A stretch of 63,764 bases of DNA, the filler included, from Octopus bimaculoides (Eukaryota): NCBI RefSeq assembly GCF_001194135.2. It is 8 parts of 7 records of this genome, joined end to end, with 100 filler letters (N's around TTAATTAATTAA, not from the genome) between each part and the next. Parts side by side here need not be neighbours in the genome. Positions count along the whole stretch, not along the records: positions 9,431 to 29,429 come from NC_068994.1; positions 29,530 to 33,276 come from NC_069004.1; positions 33,377 to 40,633 come from NC_068986.1; 5 more parts are not named here. The stretch is one strand, 5' to 3'. Under the pieces are notes generated by a model. It was given only the letters and a program-made list of their open reading frames with translations, was not told the DNA's origin and made no database searches. Positions 25,131 to 38,560 of the stretch are shown piece after piece (positions within the stretch are counted from its first letter, which is position 1; each line of letters opens with the position of its first letter). The translations under genes were made by a program, and so were the position numbers.

Positions 25131-25954
25131 TATCTAATTAATCATTGATTAATAATATATTTATTAACTTCAACCCAATTAGTGCTGATAATATTATTCT
25201 CACTGACAATGAAATCTCAGTTATCAAACATCTGTCTGTATCTCTTAGATTGAACAATGTTTACTAAATTTGCTAGATGTTTGAACTACTCTTCAAGCAT
25301 ATTCCTGTACCATTGCTCACTTGCAGTAGAGAACCATTGCTAGTTAACAGTATAGTAGCTGAATTCCATTGCTTTCAAGCAATATAGCAACTCAGTACAA
25401 CAGTGCCATTGCTTGTAGTATGGCAATAGGATACTTATGGTACCTAAAAACATAGTGTGTAGTGCCTTTGCTCTCTAGTAACAGGGCAATTATAACAGTA
25501 TAGTAACCAACTATCATTGATAGCTGGAAATAAAAGAATAGAGTGTCAATGCTAAAGCTATCAGTGGAGCATTAGAATGTTGTTGTTAGGTGATAGTAGA
25601 ATCATATCAGTATGTAGGAGTAGAAATTGTTATTTAGTCCCAGAGTGACCCTGGAGGAATAGATTTGTGTGACCAAAGGCTGTCAGCTACAACCATCTAT
25701 CTGATTTTCCAAAATAGTGGACCCTAGAATACATCATTCAATGTATATTTTATTAAATTTCAGAGGTATTTGGCTATTATTTCTAGCATGGGTACACAAA
25801 CCAGTCAAAACATTCCTATTAGGAGACTCCAGATGGCAATGGGCAACTGACTAGAATTTGAGAGATTTGATCCTCCAAAGGTGGCACTTCTCACACCTTC
25901 AGGAATGTCTTTGTTTTCTGTATGGAATTATACATAAGTGTAATCTGTTGTACA

Positions 25955-28270
25955 TTCTATAATGTGTAAATTGGGGATACAACTTTTTGCCATTTCATAG
26001 TCCCATAACATATTCTGATGAGTTTTTGTTAGAAAACAATGAAAATCAATGTTTTTTTTGTTTTTGTATTTGATCAAAAAAGTTCACCCATGACTAACTT
26101 TGAAAGTTTTACACTTGGTTGCATTTAGGTGGATTTCCAAAAACTAGAACCCTGGTTGAATAATAAACAAAAAGGGGAAAATATCCAAAACGTTTAATCC
26201 ATAACTGTTTAAAGAACTGTATTCTGCATTCCAGATCAATATAAAGAAGATCATATGAAGTTATATTAGTCAATAGTCAAGTTATGGCAAGACATTAGAG
26301 AGAATCAAACGCAATGGCAAGTTGTCTTTGTTCTTGCATGTGGCATGTAGTTCTTGTATGACTTAATTGCTCACTCATAGCATTGATTGCTTCTGCTGAT
26401 GTTTAGTTTTGATGGTTCTTGTTTCCAGTGATTTGTCAAGCATTTCAAAACAGTCTTCTTGGGTAGCAAGGCTTGCAATAGCTCTACATAATCATCAGCT
26501 CTATACATTTGGTCACTGAACCAGTGGTCTGCCCAGTCATATGAGATGAACTGGCAGACCATCTGCAATCTTTCTCTCACATGTGACATGAGGAAAAATG
26601 CAAAAAGGGCCAAGATTGCTCACAAATTCCATCTGGCATTACTGATGTTCAGTATTTTCTAGAACTTGATGAAAGGTGGGTCTCTGTTTTCATGGAAGAA
26701 CCTGAAGGTATGGGTTAAGTGGAACAGAAACTTCATATCATCTCTCCAGCCAGCTTGATCTTCATTAACATAAGTTCCATTCTGGAAGGAGCTTTGGAGT
26801 TCTTCATAACATGCCATGGGTTCTCTGACAAAAAATTATTCGATGTTGGGTAAATTTCTCACACTTGCTAGCTTCTCATCCATAATAACATGCAGGATTC
26901 TGTCCAAGACATGGTGTTGGCAGCTCATAAATTGTGGTTTATATTAGCCTTTGCTCAAGAACATTCTCTGCAGTTTAACCAGTATCCTACTCTTTCACTT
27001 GTTTCACTCATTATGTCAACTACTTGATGTTCAATTCCGTCTATATGTTTACCATCGAAATGCAGGCTCCATTTCTGATTGCGTAGTGTATCAATCAAGT
27101 ATTTCTTCATTTCACCAGCTTCCTTGAAGAGTTCCTTGTAAATGCCTCACTGACTAGGAGCTGGGATATCAATGCCCATCTCTGACAACTGTTTGCAGAT
27201 TTTCACAGCTTTGTTGGTAGAGACGTTTGTTCCAGTTACAAGTCTTGTACCAACTGCAGATTTGTTGTGCCTTCTTGTGGAGGAATAAGTACCATCACTA
27301 TCATTATCATTTTGATCAACTCTGTCCTCTTCACCATAATTGTAATTTTCAGTCTCTTCTTCAGAGTCACTGGCAGTATCCAGGGCTGTTGGGTTTGATA
27401 AAGAATGGGAGGTTTCAGCATTAGAGCATCTTCTCTTGGATGGATAGATAGTGTACTTGCTTGCAGCTTTGAAGTTGAATGGAGTACAGCTTTTTGTCAT
27501 CAGCACTGAGTCATTCACTGTGGACTTTGGTGATATTGAACAGTTCTTCTCAGGGCTTAAATTTTCCTTTCTTGATGCATTTGTCATGCATATGAAGCAC
27601 ATTTTCAAGTTGGACTGTATTGCTTGCTCAGAAATGATCGGAAAATTCAGTTTATCTCTCCACAGTAGTGTCACCTCTCTTGATAATTATGCCACTCTCT
27701 CCTTTCTGCCTTTAATTGATTTCCCAAGAAACTGATACCAACCAACAATCTGCTCCTTGAGTGACATTCAGCTTCTGTTGGCCAATGAGGCTTCTTCTAC
27801 AGGCACATGACCTCTAGATGAATGGGACTAGAACTGTATCAAATTTCTCCCCCATTTCTCTTTGTTCTTCTAAACAATTTCAAAGCTTTTCTTGAATGAC
27901 ATGACACTAGCAGTCATGTGGAACTCAAACTGAAGCCAAAACAACAAGGGTGAAAGTAAAAGAACTTAATTATTTGCTTCATGACTAAGCATGATGATTC
28001 AGTAGTACAGTCTAGTCACCACTGAAATCTTATGAATGGTAAGAATTTATTGAAAGCCAAGAGTGCTATGCAACCTTACCCATATTCAAACAAGATTTGC
28101 ATAAGAATACAAACATGGATTCATGGGTGAACTTTTTTAAAGATAACTCAAAAGTGAGTTCACTTCACTTACTTATGTATAAAAGCTCATCTAAATATGA
28201 TACAGAAAATTGTTTTTGAGGAAAAAAATTAAAAAGTAGTATCTCCTTTTTTTATTGTTTATATACATCC
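25955..28270 (-). mobile_element. hAT-superfamily-like (hATm/Cc8-type) DNA transposon with disrupted transposase (~26280-27800)
   Basis: WSLHFDGK (first Asp), SCQHHVLD (CxxH), GWRDDMKFL, NARWN; 18-bp perfect subterminal IR aaaaaagttcacccatga at 26076-26093 / 28121-28138. Confidence 0.7.
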
Positions 28271-29529
28271 TAACATGTTTTGTTATCTGTTATACTTCTA
28301 TTATGTATATACCCCTTCTGCTATGTATTGGAAATGTACACCCAAACATGTTTGTAATCATTGTTTTATGGAATTCCTCTGGCCAATAAAGGAAGTTGTT
28401 TTTGTTTGTTTATTTATTGTTAGGCAGAATTCTTGTTTAAGCACTCCATATAATCCCTCGTGACTTTCTCATATTTTGGAACTTTCAGAAAAGTTTTGCA
28501 AATTTGTATTCTACACACAGGAATTCATATGATGATGCAAAAGAAAATTTTTTTTTTTTTTTTTTAATTCTCCTTCTTCCCATAAATCCTAAAATTTCAG
28601 CTCTTTTTCTAAATTTTTTTGTTTAAACCATAGTTTTAAAATATAGACAGTCTGAATCTGTCATTTGTTTCAGTTTATAATTTCAAAATAATATTTGAAA
28701 TCCAAATTCAGAAAGTTAAAAATATTCACATATGCACCCAGCTTATTATGGATTCTGGATCAAAGCACACCATGTAACTGGTTATAACATTTCAACTTTT
28801 TGTATTTTCAAACACTTTTTTACAAATTTTTGTTCTACACACTGGACCTCATACAATTATGCAAAACAAATTTTTTTGATTAAGATTTTTTGACTCCTCT
28901 CTCCCGATAAATCCTTACAGAGGCTCCAATACACAGGTATTGGAGAGATTGAGGTCATTGCTGGGATTTATCCACAGTGATTTAAAAAAAGCATGTAAAA
29001 GATAGTTTATTTTAATAGCATACTTTTCTGTTAGTAAATGTTTTTCCTTACACATACACACACTCTTGGTGCAGAGTGGCAATTAAGAATTTAAATTACA
29101 AAAAGTTTTTTGTTTAAATCCCAGCAATGGGCCATCCTTGAGTGCATCATTATTCCATTAAATGTGTTTATATGGAGAAAAATATTGAAAAGCATCAATA
29201 CATATCAGATTAACAAATAAACAATGGAGGTACTGGGTGGTCATGGGATGTGCTAAAAAATAACAACCAAATCTTTTTTAAATCACACACCTTTTCTTCT
29301 GAGAATTATTTTGAAATTAGAAACAGAAACAAATGGCAGATTCTAATTGTTTGTATTTTAAAACTACGATTAAAAACAAATTTTGAAAAAAAAGTTGAAA
29401 TTTTAGGAATCATGGTGGGGGGGGGGGGANNNNNNNNNNNNNNNNNNNNNNNNNNNNNNNNNNNNNNNNNNNNTTAATTAATTAANNNNNNNNNNNNNNN
29501 NNNNNNNNNNNNNNNNNNNNNNNNNNNNN

Positions 29530-29579
<50 letters not shown>

Positions 29580-29759
29580 ATATGTAGGTGTGTACATATT
29601 TGTATGTATACATGCATATATTTATATATTATTTATATGTATATATATTATTATCAATATAAATAATATATGAATATATGCATATATACATACATACATA
29701 TATGTACATACCTACATATGTTTATATACATGCATATATGGGTACAGGACATCAAAAAA

Positions 29760-29920
29760 AAAACGGAGACATAATGCGGTTCGGCAAAAAAGACCGACAG
29801 AATAAGTTCTAGGCTTACAAATAGTAAGTTCTGGGGGTCGATTTGATTCGACTAAATACGGTGCTCCAGCATGGCCACAGTCAAATGACAGAAACAAATA
29901 AAAGAATACAAAAGAATGTC
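29760..29920 (+). mobile_element. SINE C 3' half
   Basis: gcggttcggcaaaaaagaccgacagaataag...ggtgctccagcatggccacagtcaaatgac. Confidence 0.75.
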
Positions 29921-30337
29921 CATGGTATTGTCAGTCAGCCTTTGTGTCTTTCTCTGGAAAAACCCAGGCTAAAAATAAGACCAAGCTCACATCTACGAGC
30001 ACAGTGAGAGCGATAGTAGTAGTAGTAGTAAGTTTTCATTCATGTTTTCACAGGATCTCATACGCCCACCCAATGCTCTTTCATAGTATAGATAAAAAGT
30101 AAATGAATGAATGACATGATCTAATACTGAAAGATGATATATATATATATACATACATATGTATACATACATACATACATACATATACGTACTGCTATAA
30201 CCTTATGAATTTTTGTTGCTTTTCTTCAAATTTTATTCACCAAATCTCTTGATTTTTGTTTTTGGTTTTTACCCTACCAAATTCTGTTGCCTCAAACATT
30301 TTAAGTACCACATTTAATTTTTTGATTAAATCTATAT

Positions 30338-30394
<57 letters not shown>

Positions 30395-30515
30395 GATAGA
30401 TAGATAGATATACATATATATATATACATATATACATACATATATATATATATACATATATCTATACATACATATATATATACATACATATATATATATA
30501 TACATACATATATCT

Positions 30516-30548
<33 letters not shown>

Positions 30549-30682
30549 TATTTATTTATTTATATATACTCGACATTGTGTATAAGTGTGTGTGTGTATG
30601 TATTATTTATATATACATATTATTTATATATATATAGATTATTTATATATATATATACATATATATTATTTATATATACATA

Positions 30683-31030
30683 CTAGCAGCTAAGCCCGGT
30701 TTTACCCGGTCTGTTTGGATGATGTGGCTGTGATCGTTTTCGGTTAGTCATAATCTATAACAGCGTTTCTCAACCTTATCATTTCGGGTCCCCTGTTTCG
30801 ATTGGAGCCTCCAGTTGTATGAAAATTTCCTGACCCCCATCTTGTCAGAAAACAGTTTCTTGAGTTGCGAAGAACGAATTTGTACGTAATCTGTTTCTTA
30901 GAGCTATTCTTTTGGACCTCTGTCTAATCATTAAAACATTGGGCGATCTTTCGATATGAGAACACACGACTATCACTTACGAACCACTTATAAACCACGT
31001 GTGTTTATCTACATTTTTTGAAGATGATTG
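30683..31030 (-). mobile_element. Non-autonomous Helitron-like element 3' end
   Basis: Minus strand ends cagaccgggtaaaaccgggcttagctgCTAG|t (GC-rich subterminal repeat plus CTAG); inner boundary uncertain. Confidence 0.55.
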
Positions 31031-31417
31031 TCAGTTTCCGTAAAAGTTTTTTTTTTTTTTTTTTAATATGAGGTTAGGTGGAAAGGGAATCTTTTGAAGA
31101 GGGCGAAAGAGACAGAAAGGGCGCGATTGTATGAGTGAAGTTCTATTGAAGTTGGCGCGAAGCTGAAGAATTGATGTGTGTTTGCTGGGGTGTGCGAGAC
31201 AGAATGTGTGGTGTGTATGTGAATTGCTTTTGTTAGTGTGTGTGAAGAGGCAGAGAGAGTAATGTTGCTGGTGTGTGTGTATGTGAGAGAGAGAAAGAAA
31301 GATAACGGAAACTTTATCATTCACAGCGAGTGAATGTGAGTGATTGAGAGAAAAAGTGAGAGAGAGGTTATGTATGTATGTATGTATGTATGTAAAAGAG
31401 TAAAAAAGTATATACAG

Positions 31418-31457
<40 letters not shown>

Positions 31458-32919
31458 TAAAAAGTATATAAAGTTGGAAAATGAGCAAAAGTAGAGAAGG
31501 TTTCAAAATGCATCCGGTTTCGATTTGTACGGATTCTTAACACCTTTTCAACTCTGTGTGTNNNNNNNNNNNNNNNNNNNNNNNNNNNNNNNNNNNNNNN
31601 NNNNNNNNNNNNNNNNNNNNNNNNNNNNNNNNNNNNNNNNNNNNNNNNNNNNNNNNNNNNNNNNNNNNNNNNNNNNNNNNNNNNNNNNNNNNNNNNNNNN
31701 NNNNNNNNNNNNNNNNNNNNNNNNNNNNNNNNNNNNNNNNNNNNNNNNNNNNNNNNNNNNNNNNNNNNNNNNNNNNNNNNNNNNNNNNNNNNNNNNNNNN
31801 NNNNNNNNNNNNNNNNNNNNNNNNNNNNNNNNNNNNNNNNNNNNNNNNNNNNNNNNNNNNNNNNNNNNNNNNNNNNNNNNNNNNNNNNNNNNNNNNNNNN
31901 NNNNNNNNNNNNNNNNNNNNNNNNNNNNNNNNNNNNNNNNNNNNNNNNNNNNNNNNNNNNNNNNNNNNNNNNNNNNNNNNNNNNNNNNNNNNNNNNNNNN
32001 NNNNNNNNNNNNNNNNNNNNNNNNNNNNNNNNNNNNNNNNNNNNNNNNNNNNNNNNNNNNNNNNNNNNNNNNNNNNNNNNNNNNNNNNNNNNNNNNNNNN
32101 NNNNNNNNNNNNNNNNNNNNNNNNNNNNNNNNNNNNNNNNNNNNNNNNNNNNNNNNNNNNNNNNNNNNNNNNNNNNNNNNNNNNNNNNNNNNNNNNNNNN
32201 NNNNNNNNNNNNNNNNNNNNNNNNNNNNNNNNNNNNNNNNNNNNNNNNNNNNNNNNNNNNNNNNNNNNNNNNNNNNNNNNNNNNNNNNNNNNNNNNNNNN
32301 NNNNNNNNNNNNNNNNNNNNNNNNNNNNNNNNNNNNNNNNNNNNNNNNNNNNNNNNNNNNNNNNNNNNNNNNNNNNNNNNNNNNNNNNNNNNNNNNNNNN
32401 NNNNNNNNNNNNNNNNNNNNNNNNNNNNNNNNNNNNNNNNNNNNNNNNNNNNNNNGGCTGGTTTATTTATTTATTTATTTTTTGTTCACGGGTGAAGATC
32501 TTTATATATCGACCGAAAAAAAAATGTAGTGGCTTCACGCAGTCATAGCGTGGATTCGATCCTCGATCGCCAAATTTCGTTCAACAGCACTTATCTCACA
32601 GGAAAAAAAAACAATAATTAGTGAACAAAAGGCAAAATTAGTGAACAGGCAACTAGAGTCATGGCCACAAGCAGGCAGCCACTAGAGACCAAACGGCCAG
32701 AAGGAAAAAGAAAGTTACAATCAGCGACTATGCGAGACAACTTCCCTCGACTGACTCACACTTTCTTTTCTCTAGAACTTTACTCCATCTCTATCCGCAG
32801 CTTACTACTACACAATGGCGAGAACATAAACACAAACTATACAAGGAAAATCTGCTACATCTATCTTTACTTGGCATGCTTTACGAATTTATCACCAGCC
32901 CGTCGAGGCATGACATAAT

Positions 32920-32985
32920 ATTAAAGTTGGCACTCCGTCGCTTACGACGACGAGGGTTTCAGTTGATCCGATCAACGGAACAAGG
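32920..32985 (-). mobile_element. SINE A 3' tail fragment
   Basis: ttggcactccgtcgcttacgacgacgagggtttcagttgatccgatcaacggaaca. Confidence 0.75.
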
Positions 32986-33019
32986 TTAAATATATATGAG
33001 AATAAATGAAATTGATTAC

Positions 33020-33276
33020 CTCATTTGCAGTTACAGTAAGAATAATTAACCATACACCGAAAGCGATGAAAAGTGGACCAATGATCTTATATCTATTAAG
33101 CTTGATCCATGCTTTACATCTTTGGTAGTAATTCTCTTCATTACTTTTTTTAGGATTCTCAGTTTCTTGATTGGCTTGCTTGATTTCTTGATCAGTCAAC
33201 ATGTTTGTTTTTTCATCAGAATTCACATCTTCCTTGCAAATCTGCATAGCGTTTAGCTGGGTAGTCTCTCCTGCTG
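33020..33276 (-). CDS. Probable coding exon of an unknown membrane protein (hydrophilic N-terminus plus one TM helix)
   Basis: Frame open from the gap edge: AGETTQLNAMQICKEDVNSDEK...KAWIKLNRYKIIGPLFIAFGVWLIILTVTANE|gtaatc; basic flank then ~20-aa hydrophobic run ending at a GAG|GTAAT donor; no TE motifs. Confidence 0.6.
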
Positions 33277-33381
33277 NNNNNNNNNNNNNNNNNNNNNNNN
33301 NNNNNNNNNNNNNNNNNNNNTTAATTAATTAANNNNNNNNNNNNNNNNNNNNNNNNNNNNNNNNNNNNNNNNNNNNTATAC

Positions 33382-33429
<48 letters not shown>

Positions 33430-33431
<2 letters not shown>

Positions 33432-34430
33432 TTGTGTGTCTGTGTTTGTCCCTCCAACATCGCTTGACAACCGATGCGGGTGTGTTTATGTCTCCCATAA
33501 CTTAGCGGTTTGGCAAAGGAGACCGAAAGAATAAGTACTAGGCTTACAAAGAATAAGTCCTGGAGTTGATTTGCTCGACTAAAGGTGGTGCTCCAGCATG
33601 GCCGCAGTCAAATGACTGAAACAAGTAAAAGAGTAAAAGAGCATGATTCTGGGTTCAGTCCCACAGTATGGCACTTTGGGCAAGTGTCTTCTGCCATAGC
33701 CATGGGCTGACCAAAGCCTTGTGAGTGGATTTGGTAGACGGAAACTGAAAGAAGCACATCATCATAATCATCATCATCATCATCATCATTTAACATCTGC
33801 TTTCCATGCTGGCATAGGTTGGACGGTTTGATTGAGGACTGGCAAGCCGGAAGGCTGAACCAGACTCCAGTCTGATCTGGTAAGGTTTCTACAGCTGGAT
33901 GCCAACCACTCTGAGAGTGTAGTGGGTGCTTTTTACATGTCACCAGCACGGGAGTCAATTAGGTGGCACAGGTATCGACCATGCTCACCTGGTGCTCTTT
34001 ACATGTCACTGGCACAGGAGCCAGTCAAGTAGCACTGGCATTGACTGCACTCGAATTGTGGTTTTTATGTGCCACTGGCATGGGAGCCAGCCAGATGGCA
34101 CTAACATGGACCACACTCAAATGGTGCTTTTTACATGCCACCAACACAGGAGCCAGTCAGGCAGAACTGGCATCGACCACGCTCTTATATGTATATGTCT
34201 GTGTGTGTGTATGTGTGTGTGTGTGTGCGTGTGTGTGTGTGACTCTGTGTGTCTTTGTGTCTGTGTGTTTACTTCCTTGTAACTTAGCAGTTGAGGAAAA
34301 GAGACTGATATTATAAGTCCAAGACTTAAAAAAGAAGCCTTGGTGCTGATTAGTTTGACTGAAGCCCTCCCGGGCCGTGCTCCAGTGTGGGCGCAGTCAA
34401 ATGACTAAAGCAAATAAGAATAAATATGAA
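33430..34430. mobile_element. SINE C cluster; one copy interrupted by an antisense RTE 3' UTR fragment (~33760-34185) with ~60-bp tandem subrepeats
   Basis: SINE C 5' half at 33640-33760 and 3' half at 34240-34430 flank the RTE tail (ggagccagtc...ggcactggc repeats). Confidence 0.7.
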
Positions 34431-35614
34431 TAAAGTGGAAAAATTGGAAAATAGACAATATTTTTCCACCCTTCTGTTTGTTTAGTTTCATTTTGAAGAA
34501 TAAAAATTTATTCTAAAATTTATTATTGCTTATATTTTAAATAATATGCATTTCGGGGGCTCCAAAGAACATTTACATGTTTAGGGCCTCAATAGATCTT
34601 AATCCGACCCTGTGCACCTCCCTAATTCTATTCTGGATTTTGGCAAAAGAAAACGAAAATGTGTAGAGGACATGGGGTTTTATGGTCCATGGAGAATATT
34701 TTTATAGGAAAAACAGTCATGAATGGGTTAATAAAGCAAACGAGAAAGATGGTTTTGATTTCTTTATTTTGAAATATATTTCAATTCCATTGAGATTTCC
34801 GATGCCTTCAGCCAGACTCGGAATGCTTAAACAGTTACAAAATCTTCTGTACAACAGAAAATATTACAGAAAGACAAAAACAAACGAAAAGAAATAACCA
34901 AAGAAAAAAATAAAATTCTTAATGATAAGTCTTAACTTTTGGTACAAGAGATGGAATTTCATTCAGACATCATGAATATATTTAAAAATATCACACGATC
35001 TAAAGTTCTTTTAGACAGTGAAAATATCCTTGAAACTTAGATTGGGGAGATACTATATCTGTGAGTTTTCTTCAAGACAAGAATGAGATAAGTTAAAAAC
35101 ATTATTGTAACCCAATCATAACAAGAGTTCTTAAACAAATATGTCCATTCATCTTTTTACCTCTGGTCTAATATATATATGTGTATATATGTATANNNNN
35201 NNNNNNNNNNNNNNNNNNNNNNNNNNNNNNNNNNNNNNNNNNNNNNNNNNNNNNNNNNNNNNNNNNNNNNNNNNNNNNNNNNNNNNNNNNNNNNNNNNNN
35301 NNNNNNNNNNNNNNNNNNNNNNNNNNNNNNNNNNNNNNNNNNNNNNNNNNNNNNNNNNNNNNNNNNNNNNNNNNNNNNNNNNNNNNNNNNNNNNNNNNNN
35401 NNNNNNNNNNNNNNNNNNNNNNNNNNNNNNNNNNNNNNNNNNNNNNNNNNNNNNNNNNNNNNNNNNNNNNNNNNNNNNNNNNNNNNNNNNNNNNNNNNNN
35501 NNNNNNNNNNNNNNNNNNNNNNNNNNNNNNNNNNNNNNNNNNNNNNNNNNNNNNNNNNNNNNNNNNNNNNNNNNNNNACGGCTCCACCCTTATCAGCCGG
35601 TTTTATATATACAC

Positions 35615-35688
<74 letters not shown>

Positions 35689-35999
35689 TCTTGAATTGCA
35701 ATTATGGTGAGAATATTGTTTTTGAGTATTATAATAATGTGTGCTAGTATAATAATACATCTGAAAAAATAACAATTCCATTCCGGATCTTATCTTTCAT
35801 TTATGTTATATATACATGTATATATATCTATGTATACGTGTGCATGTGTGTGTGTATGTGTGTGTGTGTGTGTGTGTGCATTTGTGTGAGCAATTATATA
35901 TATATACATATAGAATATAGAATAGTCATACAACAATGCACCAATATTTATATATAAACATTTGCAGATATAGATACATACGCACAAATATATATACAT

Positions 36000-36203
36000 A
36001 TATATACACACACATACACATACATATACATAGACATATCTACACACATACACACACACACATATATATATATACACACACATACACATACATATACATA
36101 GACATATTTACACAGACACACACACATATATATACACACATACACATACATAGACATATTTACACACATATATACACACATACACATACATATACATAGA
36201 CAT

Positions 36204-36244
<41 letters not shown>

Positions 36245-36282
36245 CACATACACATACATATACATAGACATATTTACACACA

Positions 36283-36329
<47 letters not shown>

Positions 36330-36360
36330 ACATACATATACATAGACACATTTACATACA
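36000..36360. repeat. Minisatellite with core catacatatacatagacatatttacaca embedded in CA/TA repeats
   Basis: Core recurs about six times. Confidence 0.75.
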
Positions 36361-38024
36361 GACACACATTTATAAGTGCGTGTACACACCAGCACACGCA
36401 TAAATAAATATTTCTTATGTAAATTCCACCAAAGACAATAATCATTGTCACCATCAATTCTATATCTACCTTCAGCATCAAAATCAGCACCACCATCATG
36501 ATCATCATCATCATCATCATGACCATCATCATATCGTCAAGTGTTTTATTATTATTTTTATTTTTTTGATTAACAATTGACATCAGTTGGCAGTCATCAG
36601 CAGACTAACTTTCTTGACACCTTCCCCTGTTTCTCTCCCTCCCTTCTACCCCCTCCCCTCCCCCTCTCCCTCTCTCTTCTTTTCCATTTGCTAACAGACA
36701 ACACAGCAAAATGGCCAGATTGTGAGAGGAGGTGGTCAGGTAAAATAAAAGCCTTATGATTTCTGGCATGGCCGCCTGCATTCCGAGTTCAAATCCCACT
36801 GCAGTCAATTTAGATTTTTTATCTTTGCAAGCAGGAGTGATGGGCATGGCTGTGTAGGTAAGAAGGTTGATTTGCAACCGTGTCATTTCAGGTTCAGTCC
36901 CACTGTGTGACACCTTGGGCCAAGATACTATAGCTCCAGCTGACCAGTGCCTAATGAGTGAATTTGTAAGATGGAAGACTATTGTAATGTGTGTGTGTGT
37001 GGGGGTTTACATTTCAGTGTGAGTGTGTATGTGTGTGTGGGTGCATGTGTATGTGTGTGAGTGTATATGTCTGTGTGTGTGGGGGCTGGGTGTATTTGGG
37101 TGTGAGCATATATGGCCATGTGTGTGTGTGTGTGTGTGTGTGCATGTATGTGTGTGAGTGGGGTGTAGGTAGGTGTATTTGGGAATGAAGGTGTATGTGC
37201 TTGTGTGTGTGTGTGTGTGTGTCTTTGCCTCTGAGCTTGTAACTCCTCTCTCACTGACTGATAACTGGTGTAGGTTTGTTTACATCCCCATAATGTAACA
37301 GTCTAGGAAAAGAGACTGATATAACAAGTACCAAATTTAGGGAAGTAAAAAAAAAACCCAACTAAAACAAAAAAGAAATTTAAAAACTGAAGTTCATTTC
37401 TTTGACTAACACCTTCCAAGGTGATGCTCTAGTATGGCCACAGTTCAGTAATTGAAGCAAATAAAAAATGAAGAACAAAAGATAAAGTAAACAGCGATCC
37501 AGGTTGATGGAGTAACAGTTGTTAGCGTCACCATTCTTTTGGTCTTTGAATTCTTATGGTAATATATCAGATGGCACCTGATAAAATAAAGTACCAGTCA
37601 AGTACTGGTTCTGATGTACTTAATTTGCCGCTCCCCTCAACTTTTTGGGTTTTGTGCTTTAATTAGGAAGAATATTTATTTAAAAGATACTTTATATCAT
37701 CAAAGACTGTGTGTATAATATTATCGGAATAAAATGCTAAAATTCCCAGATTGTTCGACTAGAATAAAAATAATTTTATTTGTATAAATTATCACAGAAC
37801 ATCAACGTTTAGTCACTGATAAGATATGATATAAGATAAAAGCTGATTAAATAAAAGGATAAAAGAATATGTATATAAATATATATGTGCACACATACAC
37901 ACACACACACACATGCACACACACATACACACAAAGATACACAAATGCACATGCACACACAGATGCACACTCACACATGCATACACACATGCACCCACAC
38001 ATACACACACACACACGAGGTACA

Positions 38025-38225
38025 TGGCTGTGTGGTTAGAAGTTTCTTTCCTACTGCATGGGCTTGGGTTCAATCCCCTGCATGGCACCTTGAGCAAGTG
38101 TTTTCCGTTATGGCCCAAGGTAACTGATGTTTATCGAGCAAATTTCTTTGATGGCATCTGCAAGAAGCTTGTTACATCTATGTATGTATGTATTTATCTA
38201 TCTATCTGTCTATCTATTTATCTAT

Positions 38226-38294
<69 letters not shown>

Positions 38295-38560
38295 TATATT
38301 CCAGCTTTGCCTTACTGTCAATTGTGCCAGTAGCATGTGAACAAAACATTGGACTGCCTCCTGTGCAGGTGGCACGTAAAAAGCACCCACTACACTCTTG
38401 GAGTGGTTGGCATTAGGAAGGGCATCCATCTGTAGAAACTCTGCCAGATCAGACTGGAGCATGGTGTAGCCATCTGGTTTGCCGGTCCCCAGTCAAATTG
38501 CAACCCATGCTATAGCATGGAAAGCGAATGTTAAATGATGATGATGATGATGATGATGAT
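38025..38560 (+). mobile_element. SINE C head plus RTE 3' end with (GAT)n tail
   Basis: atggctgtgtggttagaag...; ggcacgtaaaaagcacccactacactc...gttaaatgatgatgat. Confidence 0.7.
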
